A DNA stretch of 64,000 nt. It comes from Alphaproteobacteria bacterium. GTDB lineage: Bacteria > Pseudomonadota > Alphaproteobacteria > CBDDJK01. Positions 57,455-64,000 of this stretch are shown piece by piece. Location: positions 1,608,102-1,672,101 of the forward strand of contig OZ245892.1 in assembly GCA_965229605.1 (NCBI GenBank), written 5' to 3'. Every line of letters starts with the position of its first letter. Position 1 is the first letter of the stretch. The notes under the pieces are model-generated. The model was not told the origin of the DNA and searched no databases. It saw nothing but the letters and a program-made list of their open reading frames with translations. Position numbers and translations under genes: made by a program.

Positions 57455-59545
57455 CTAATCAAATAAATCAGCAATCGAATCAGCCTCAATAACCGTTAGA
57501 TCAAATTGCTCCTTCAAAGCATTCAGCTTGCCAGCTCTGTCTGCAAGGTCACTCGATACAGAGCCACTGTTTGCAGATGCACCATTTGCAGACTCCCGGG
57601 CATAACGCTGCGCATCCTCGGCCAACTGCCGTTGACGCTGGCCAATCAGCAACCGCATCACCAGATCGCGCGCCTGCCGGGTTAATTCATAGTCATCCAC
57701 CGGGCCAAATGTATCACTTGCATCCGGCTTATTCATCATACTTCTATCGCCGTCAAGAGACTTTGATATTTGCGAACGCCTCAAGGCTTTGGGGATCAGC
57801 CGTTGAACGCTTTCATCCTCCATCTGATCCAGCAAGGCTTGATGACCATTCGCACGCATTTTCTGAATGATCGTTTCTTGAGAGGGCATGTCTTGAGCAA
57901 GCGTCTGCGTCATATGCACATCCCCTGTTGTTCGATCAGTTGGTGTTGGATCAGATGATAAAGCGGCTGCTTCATCATAGATATCTGCACTTGCTATTTG
58001 TAAATCAATTCGGAATTTGTCAAGGTCTGCATCGAAAGGAAATTGCGCCAATTCCTCATCCAGGCTCAAGGCAAGGCGGGGCTGGGAAAGAAGAACATGC
58101 AAAATAATCAGTTGAATCAAGCGGTCCATGCCTTTGACTTTACCCCGCAGCTTTTGACCCAGAGCCTGCCCGACGATTGAATTATGGCGACCGGCTGAAT
58201 AGCCACCGCCTATGCCTGCTCTTGCAGATTTTGGAGTCCAGGTCCTCTGGGCACGAACAAGGTCCCAGAACTTTCCTTTTATGGCAGAGCCAAAATGACG
58301 GCGCGTGGTCGGATCGGCAATAAGCGCAATCAGGCGATCAAGGTTTTTCTCCAGCCGGGCTTTATGATCGGGAGTTGCAAGATCAAGTCCTTCGGCCTGT
58401 GCGCGGGTGAGCATATCTTCAAGCGGGATAGACTGGTCAATCAACCGTTGAATTTGGCGTACCGCTTCTGAACGATCAGCACTGTTCTGGATAAGGCTGT
58501 CCGGGTCTTCTCCGGCGGGCAAGAGCATAAAGGCCAGTGATTTCCCGGGGCTTAAAACAGGCAAGGATCGCTCGGCAGCGCGGGCTGCAGCCTTTAGCCC
58601 GGCACTATCGCCATCCAGACAAAAGCATGGCCGGTCAGAAAGCCGCCAGGCCAGTGTCAGTTGATCCTCGGTCACCGCAGTTCCAAGCGGAGCCATCGAC
58701 CCGGCAAACCCGGCCTGCCACAAAGCAATCACATCGGTATAGCCTTCAACCAGCAACACGGCCTGACCAGACCGCGCCGCCACCTGTGCGCCGGGGTAAT
58801 TATACAGCGTACGGCCTTTATCAAATAAAGCGGTCTCTGGAGAATTGATATATTTCCCGACCCGTGCAGCCTTGGCATCGCCCAGAAAACGCCCGCCAAA
58901 AGCAATCACCCGTCCCTTTGGATCAAAAATAGGAAACATCAGCCGATTCCTGAATAAAGGATAGGGATCGCCATGACCCTCTGGTTTGCGCAAAAGACCG
59001 GCCTCGACAAGCTGTGCAGACTCAATTCCGGCCTTTTCGGCTGCGCTCAAAAAGCGTGACCTCTCTTCGTCCGCAAAACCAAGCCGGAAATGATGCCGGG
59101 CCTCCGCCCCAATCGCACGATCCTCAAAATAGGCCCGCGCCCCCGAACCTTCCGGGCTGTTCAGCCTTTCTTGAAAATAGCCACAGGCAAACTCCATGAC
59201 CGCATGCAAATCAGCGGCTTTATGCTCTTTCTGTCTGGATTCAGGATCAGGGCTTGGCAAGCTGACTCCAGCAATATCTGCCAACCTGCGCACGGCTTCA
59301 TGAAATTCAACTCCGTCCTGACGCATGATCCAGGTGAAATGACTGCCATGCTCCCCTGATGAAAAACAATGGTAATAGCCCTCGTCATCGCGGACATGAA
59401 AGGAAGGAGTCTTCTCCTGAATAAAAGGCGACAGGCCCCACCAGTCGTTTGGTCGCCGTTGCTTTAGCTGGACATCACGCCCCACCAGCTCGGAGAGCGG
59501 AATCCGCATTTTGATCTGTTCAAGCAGTGAGTCTGAAAAATACAT
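57455..59545 (-). CDS. dnaG: DNA primase
   Basis: It has a CHC2 zinc finger (…YHCFSSGEHGSHFTWIM…), a TOPRIM domain (…LVEGYTDVIAL…) and a C-terminal helicase-binding domain. The start may be the internal MRIPLSEL at 59509. Confidence 0.9.
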   Translation of the reverse strand: MYFSDSLLEQIKMRIPLSELVGRDVQLKQRRPNDWWGLSPFIQEKTPSFHVRDDEGYYHCFSSGEHGSHFTWIMRQDGVEFHEAVRRLADIAGVSLPSPDPESRQKEHKAADLHAVMEFACGYFQERLNSPEGSGARAYFEDRAIGAEARHHFRLGFADEERSRFLSAAEKAGIESAQLVEAGLLRKPEGHGDPYPLFRNRLMFPIFDPKGRVIAFGGRFLGDAKAARVGKYINSPETALFDKGRTLYNYPGAQVAARSGQAVLLVEGYTDVIALWQAGFAGSMAPLGTAVTEDQLTLAWRLSDRPCFCLDGDSAGLKAAARAAERSLPVLSPGKSLAFMLLPAGEDPDSLIQNSADRSEAVRQIQRLIDQSIPLEDMLTRAQAEGLDLATPDHKARLEKNLDRLIALIADPTTRRHFGSAIKGKFWDLVRAQRTWTPKSARAGIGGGYSAGRHNSIVGQALGQKLRGKVKGMDRLIQLIILHVLLSQPRLALSLDEELAQFPFDADLDKFRIDLQIASADIYDEAAALSSDPTPTDRTTGDVHMTQTLAQDMPSQETIIQKMRANGHQALLDQMEDESVQRLIPKALRRSQISKSLDGDRSMMNKPDASDTFGPVDDYELTRQARDLVMRLLIGQRQRQLAEDAQRYARESANGASANSGSVSSDLADRAGKLNALKEQFDLTVIEADSIADLFD

Positions 59546-59575
59546 TCCCTTTTCTAGCTTGCGATAGTCACAAAC

Positions 59576-60958
59576 TCAACAGGCCTCATCAAGAGCAGAG
59601 GCTAGCCGATCCATCATCATTTCTATTTCTTCATGGGTGATGATCAGGGGCGGGCAAACCGCAACAATATCGCCAGCCAGAGCCCGCACAATCAACCCGT
59701 GCTTTTCGCATAAGGCCCCGACCTTTGCCCCCATGCCCTGTGCGGGATCAAAACTCTGGCGAGTCTTTTTGTCAGCCACCAGCTCAAGCGCACCGATCAG
59801 GCCAAGCCCGCGGGCTTCTCCAACCAGAGGATGATCTGAAAATTCTTTCAGCCTTGACTGAAAATAAGGAGAGATACTTTTCACATGATCAAGAATGGAG
59901 CGTTCTTCATAGATTTTCAGGACCTCGCTGGCAATCGCAGTCCCGACCGGATGACCGCTATAGGTATAGCCCATCCCGAAAGCCCCGTGGCGACCAGAGT
60001 TTTCGATCACAGCTTCCGAGATTTCCCGGTTCAGCATAGTGGCCGAAAGCGGAAAATAGGCCGAGGTCAGTTGCTTGGCCACGGTCACAATATCGGGGTC
60101 AATCGACAGGGTTTCGCTGCCAAACATATTACCCGTGCGGCCAAAGCCACAGATCACTTCGTCTGCAACCATCAAGATATTATGGCGGCGCAAAACAGCC
60201 TGTATGGCTTCAAAATAACCATCAGGCGGCACAATCACCCCGCCTGCACCCATCACGGGCTCGGCAATAAAGGCCGCAATCGTCTCTGGCCCTTCCCGCT
60301 CGATCAATTCCTCAAGCTGGCGCACCAGATCAGCACAAAATTCCTTTTCACTCATATCCGGGTCCGGTGCCCGGTAATGGTGCGGACAGGCCGTATGCAG
60401 CACACCCTCCATCGGCAAATCAAAATCAGCATGAAGGATCGGCAAACCGGTCAGGCTGGCAGACGCAAGCGTCACCCCGTGATAGCCTTTCAATCGGGAA
60501 ATAATTTTCTTCTTTTTAGGCTTGCCAATCGCATTCATATAATAGCGGATGACCTTGATGGCTGTGTCATTGGCCTCGGACCCTGAATTGGCAAAAAGCA
60601 CCTTGTCCATCGCCCGTTCACTGCCTGCCCCGGCACTGCCTGCGCCCGGCGCGAGTGCACAAAGCTGCCCGGCAAGTTCAATTGCAGGCGGGTGCGACTT
60701 ATGGGCAAAAACATGGCTAAAAGATAGCTTCTGCATCTGTGTGCTGGCAGTTTTCACCAGCCGCTCTTCCCCATAGCCAAGCCCGCAGCACCATAAGCCA
60801 GCCAGCCCTTCAATATAGCGATTACCGGCGTGATCGGTGATCCAGACCCCTTTTGCCGATTCCATCACCATCGGGCCTTTGTCGCGATGCTTAACCAAAT
60901 TTGTATAAGGATGGATCATATGCGCGATATCGCGCGCTTCAAGCGAATTTGGGATCAT
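59576..60958 (-). CDS. class III PLP-dependent aminotransferase (omega-amino acid:pyruvate aminotransferase-like)
   Basis: The start MIPNSLEARDIAHMIHPYTN… fits the family. The conserved …FIAEPVMGAGGVIVPPDGYF… and …LMVADEVICGFGRTG… carry the PLP lysine context. I rejected the longer ORF from 61129. Confidence 0.8.
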   Translation of the reverse strand: MIPNSLEARDIAHMIHPYTNLVKHRDKGPMVMESAKGVWITDHAGNRYIEGLAGLWCCGLGYGEERLVKTASTQMQKLSFSHVFAHKSHPPAIELAGQLCALAPGAGSAGAGSERAMDKVLFANSGSEANDTAIKVIRYYMNAIGKPKKKKIISRLKGYHGVTLASASLTGLPILHADFDLPMEGVLHTACPHHYRAPDPDMSEKEFCADLVRQLEELIEREGPETIAAFIAEPVMGAGGVIVPPDGYFEAIQAVLRRHNILMVADEVICGFGRTGNMFGSETLSIDPDIVTVAKQLTSAYFPLSATMLNREISEAVIENSGRHGAFGMGYTYSGHPVGTAIASEVLKIYEERSILDHVKSISPYFQSRLKEFSDHPLVGEARGLGLIGALELVADKKTRQSFDPAQGMGAKVGALCEKHGLIVRALAGDIVAVCPPLIITHEEIEMMMDRLASALDEAC

Positions 60959-61127
60959 GAGTCTGCCCGCCAAAATTTTGGTTAAACGAATTCTATATGA
61001 AACAAAACCATATCTTTCAAGATACAGTGAGACAGGCCAACGTGCCAGAAGATTATTTTCTCCCCCTATTTTTGACTGAATATTTGAACAAACGTATTTC
61101 AAGTAATCAATATTTAATTTACTTGAC

Positions 61128-61156
61128 ATTTTTGCATAAAATAAATATTCATAAAG
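61128..61156 (+). promoter_or_regulatory. candidate promoter for ccrM (TTGACA, 17 nt, TATTCA)
   Basis: A consensus -35 sits in the AT-rich 220-bp upstream region. The -10 is weaker. Confidence 0.3.
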
Positions 61157-61179
61157 TAATCAAGGTCAGGAGATTATCC

Positions 61180-62286
61180 ATGAAAGCCAATTCTTCCTCT
61201 GTCATTTCGCTGCCCGTCAATCAGGTGATGGAAGGCGATTCAATATCCCTGCTGCGCCAGTTCCCGGAAGCGTCGGTTGATATGATCTTTGCCGACCCGC
61301 CGTATAACCTGCAGCTTTCGCAAACGGACTTGCGCCGCCCGGACAATAGCAAGGTTGATGGAGTTACCGCCGACTGGGACCGGTTTGATGATTTTGATGA
61401 ATATGACCGCTTTTCCCGGGACTGGCTGGCAGCCGCCCGGCGGGTGCTGAAACCGGATGGTACCTTATGGGTGATTGGCAGCTATCATAATATCTTCCGG
61501 CTTGGCACAGCCTTGCAGAATATGGGATTCTGGATTTTGAATGATGTAATCTGGACAAAATCCAATCCGATGCCAAATTTCAGAGGCCGCCGCTTTACCA
61601 ATGCCCATGAAACATTGATCTGGGCGGCCCGTGATCAGGACAGCAAATATTGTTTTAATTATGCGGCAATGAAATCTTTAAACGATGCCTTGCAGATGCG
61701 CAGTGACTGGCATCTTCCGATTTGCACCGGCGGGGAACGGCTGAAAAAAGCTGATGGATCAAAGGCCCATCCCACGCAAAAGCCTGAATCGCTTTTACAC
61801 AGAATTATTCTTTCTTCGAGCGAGGCCGGAGATATTGTGCTTGATCCTTTTGGTGGCACCGGGACAACCGCTGCTGTCGCCAAAAGGTTAGGGCGACGCT
61901 ATGTGGTGATCGAGCGCGATCCGGCCTATGCTGCCTTGATCAAGGAACGGTTGCATAAGACCCCGATGGCGGTTGACAAGGAGGCCATAAGTCACACCGA
62001 TGCCCGCAAAAAGGAATTGCGTGTGCCGTTCGGGCATTTGGTAGAGCGCGGCCTTCTGGAGGCCGGGACAATTCTGGTCAGCCCTTGCGGGCGGCATACG
62101 GCGAAGGTCCGGGCGGACGGGTCCTTGATTTCGGATAAATATAAAGGCTCCATCCATCAGGTCGGGGCGCAGGTGCAAGGCGCACCGACGTGCAACGGCT
62201 GGACCTATTGGATGATTGACAGTCGGGATTCGCCGGTTTCGATTGATCTTCTGCGCCAGCAAGTGCGGGCAGAACTGGCCGGATAG
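61180..62286 (+). CDS. ccrM: N6-adenine DNA methyltransferase, CcrM-like (GANTC-specific family)
   Basis: The start MKANSSSVISLPVNQVMEGDSISLLRQFPEASVDMIFADPPYNLQL contains the DPPY motif. Long stretches match the CcrM pattern (RPDNSKVD…WVIGSYHNIFR…WILNDVIWTKSNPMPNFRGRRF…AHPTQKPESLL…GDIVLDPFGGTGTT). An AGGAG RBS is at 61166. Confidence 0.85.
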   Translation: MKANSSSVISLPVNQVMEGDSISLLRQFPEASVDMIFADPPYNLQLSQTDLRRPDNSKVDGVTADWDRFDDFDEYDRFSRDWLAAARRVLKPDGTLWVIGSYHNIFRLGTALQNMGFWILNDVIWTKSNPMPNFRGRRFTNAHETLIWAARDQDSKYCFNYAAMKSLNDALQMRSDWHLPICTGGERLKKADGSKAHPTQKPESLLHRIILSSSEAGDIVLDPFGGTGTTAAVAKRLGRRYVVIERDPAYAALIKERLHKTPMAVDKEAISHTDARKKELRVPFGHLVERGLLEAGTILVSPCGRHTAKVRADGSLISDKYKGSIHQVGAQVQGAPTCNGWTYWMIDSRDSPVSIDLLRQQVRAELAG

Positions 62287-62295
62287 CAACGACTA

Positions 62296-63495
62296 TTAAA
62301 GACTCTGGCTGGACCAGTCAGCCAGCCGCACAAGAGCCTCTTGCAGGCGTTCCGTGCTGGCCGCAAAAGAAAAGCGGATATGGCCTTCACCCGCCCCGCC
62401 AAAGCCGGGACCGCCGACAATAGCAATGCCTGCTTCTTCAAGCAGTCGCTTTTCAACAAGATCGGCAGAAAGGCCGGTTGCCTGAATATCGGCAAAGGCA
62501 TAAAAGGCCCCGCCCGGATTATTGCAGGCAAAACCCGGGATATCATTAAGCCCTTTGACAAAAAGATTGCGGCGTTCTTCAAAGGCCTGACGCATGGTAG
62601 CAACAGAATCCTGCGGGCCTTGTAAAGCAGCAATGGCTGCCTGTTGAGCCACCGCATTGACGCAGGAATGGCTATTGACACAAAATCGTTCGGCCAGAGA
62701 AATCAGATGTTCTGGCCAGACCGCAAAGCCCAGCCGCCAGCCGGTCATGGCATAGCGTTTCGACCAGCCATCAAGCAGGATAAGCTGATTTTTCAACTTG
62801 GGAAAACGCAGGAAACTATGATGTTCATGGCCATCAAATAAGAGGCCTTCATAGATTTCATCACTCAAGAGCGCACAATCAGGATGATCGGCCAGAATAT
62901 CAGCAATCTTTGTGGCTTGCGCCGAAGACAAGATGCCGCCGGTTGGATTGCCCGGACTATTGATAATTACCAGCGATGTTTTGTCCGTGATCAGATCGGC
63001 CAGATCAGAAGGCTGTGGCGCAAAATCATGGCGTGAAGACAAGCGCAATGGCACCGCCTTTGCCCCGGTATAATCAATCAGGGAGCGATAGATCGGGAAT
63101 CCCGGATCAGGGTAAATAATCTCTCGCCCCGGCGCACCAAACATCAAAATTGCCTGAAACATGGTGACTTTGCCGCCAGGCACAACGAGAACACGCGCCG
63201 GGTCTATATCAACGCCATGTCGGCGTTGCAGGTCCTGCGAAGCCGCCTGACGCAAAGCCGAGATACCCGGGGCCGGGGTATAGCCATGATGACCGGCGGC
63301 AATCGCTTCTTTGGCAGCTTCCAGAATATGATCAGGCGGCGAAAAATCGGGCTGCCCGATACCAAGATTGATAATATCCTTTCCTTCGGCACGTAGAGCC
63401 TCTGCCCGGGCGAGAACCCCGAATGCGCTTTCTGTTCCAAGTCGTGAAAAAGCAGGAACCGGCTGTGGACCCATGGTGGACAATTTCACCTCCAT
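62296..63495 (-). CDS. class I/II PLP-dependent aminotransferase (aspartate/aromatic aminotransferase-like)
   Basis: The protein is 399 aa with a fold-type I aminotransferase pattern (…NLGIGQPDF…, …SKRYAMTGWRLGF…). Confidence 0.75.
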   Translation of the reverse strand: MEVKLSTMGPQPVPAFSRLGTESAFGVLARAEALRAEGKDIINLGIGQPDFSPPDHILEAAKEAIAAGHHGYTPAPGISALRQAASQDLQRRHGVDIDPARVLVVPGGKVTMFQAILMFGAPGREIIYPDPGFPIYRSLIDYTGAKAVPLRLSSRHDFAPQPSDLADLITDKTSLVIINSPGNPTGGILSSAQATKIADILADHPDCALLSDEIYEGLLFDGHEHHSFLRFPKLKNQLILLDGWSKRYAMTGWRLGFAVWPEHLISLAERFCVNSHSCVNAVAQQAAIAALQGPQDSVATMRQAFEERRNLFVKGLNDIPGFACNNPGGAFYAFADIQATGLSADLVEKRLLEEAGIAIVGGPGFGGAGEGHIRFSFAASTERLQEALVRLADWSSQSL

Positions 63496-63512
63496 TTTTA
63501 TGTAGTGGCGTT

Positions 63513-64000
63513 TTATGCGGGCGGCGTTCCGGGACCCGGGGCGGCAATTCCTTCAATCGCCACATCAATACAGGCAGGCTTGCCACTTTCTATGGCCCGG
63601 GTCAGGGCGGCATCAAAATCACCCAGATCAGTGACATATTCCCCGTGCGCACCAAGGGCTGCCGCCGCCAGATCATAACGTGCCGCGCTTAAATCACATC
63701 CGGTCAGGCGTTTAGCCCCATATTCGCGTAATTGAAGCTGGTTTTCTGCATTCCAGCAACGATCATTGCCAATAATCAAAATGAGCGGCAAATCCTCACG
63801 CACCGCCGTTTCAAATTCACTCAGATGGAACCCGGCACTTCCATCGCCACTCAGTGCAAAAACCGGAGCCGTCTTGTCATGGGCGCGGGCTGCCATCCCA
63901 TAGGGAAGCGCGCAGCCAATCACCCCGCCTGACCCGCAAATCACCCGCCGTTTAGACTGCAAAACCGCTTGCGCCCATTGACCAAATTCACCGCCATCAC
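63513..64000 (-). CDS. thiamine-pyrophosphate enzyme (acetolactate-synthase-like) C-terminal TPP-binding domain. The N-terminus lies beyond the window end.
   Basis: …GDGSAGFHLSEFETAVREDLPLILIIGNDRCW… is the TPP GDG-(x)n-NN motif. The frame is open to base 64000. Confidence 0.6.
   Translation of the reverse strand, partial: DGGEFGQWAQAVLQSKRRVICGSGGVIGCALPYGMAARAHDKTAPVFALSGDGSAGFHLSEFETAVREDLPLILIIGNDRCWNAENQLQLREYGAKRLTGCDLSAARYDLAAAALGAHGEYVTDLGDFDAALTRAIESGKPACIDVAIEGIAAPGPGTPPA

Noticed and set aside
55048-57492. Multiple ORFs antisense or out of frame with rpoD (for example 56503..57492+ at 329 aa, 55849..56310+, 56990..57316+)
   Set aside because: rpoD is unambiguous. These are shadows produced by the acidic, low-complexity region and carry no independent signals.
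59576-61129. 517-aa version of the class III aminotransferase, and the overlapping ORF-track start of the ccrM frame at 60997
   Set aside because: The N-terminal extensions are AT-rich promoter sequence translated across the divergent intergenic region. The conserved family N-termini begin at the internal Met codons (60958 on the minus strand; 61180 on the plus strand, preceded by an AGGAG RBS).

Overview
This 64-kb window looks like chromosomal DNA from an alphaproteobacterium-like genome with moderate GC. Most of it is housekeeping: the 3' part of a large NAD-glutamate dehydrogenase, cobO-cobQ, nrdR, glyA, rpiB, ssb, trxA, aroQ, accBC, a TolC-like gene, aspS, dnaA, fabD, rlmH, sdhCDA, nusB, rpoD, dnaG and ccrM. 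The accessory region at about 30.8-50.3 kb stands out. A GntR-family regulator with conserved palindromic operators sits next to an N-methylglutamate-synthase-like trio (class II GATase / GXGXG / FMN glutamate-synthase domain-2), a class I GATase-like hydrolase, a DadA/PuuB-like FAD oxidoreductase and a GmaS/PuuA-like glutamine-synthetase-family enzyme. That last gene is translationally coupled to a bacterial-microcompartment operon: BMC-P (EutN/CcmL), BMC-H (PduA/EutM type), an opine-dehydrogenase-like protein, an EutE/PduP-type CoA-acylating aldehyde dehydrogenase, a tandem-domain BMC-T, an LDH/MDH-family dehydrogenase with an N-terminal extension, and RidA. A Liv-type ABC transporter, an alpha/beta hydrolase and a CaiB/BaiF (formyl-CoA-transferase family) CoA-transferase follow. 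I read this as a candidate metabolosome for the aldehyde produced by gamma-glutamyl-mediated alkylamine catabolism, with no PDU, EUT, GRM or CUT signature enzyme; this is inference, and the locus may correspond to an already catalogued BMC type that I cannot check here. Other points of note: a 440-bp structured element with terminal inverted repeats between cobQ and nrdR, with its TIR motif recurring at 13.37 kb; 27-bp tandem repeats duplicating the start region of the TolC-like gene; an unusually long DnaA behind a 700-bp AT-rich region; a Fic-MerR fusion gene flanked by a 76-bp duplication and an IS3-family OrfA remnant; a TPR gene with near-identical 144-bp tandem repeats; and one tRNA(CAU).
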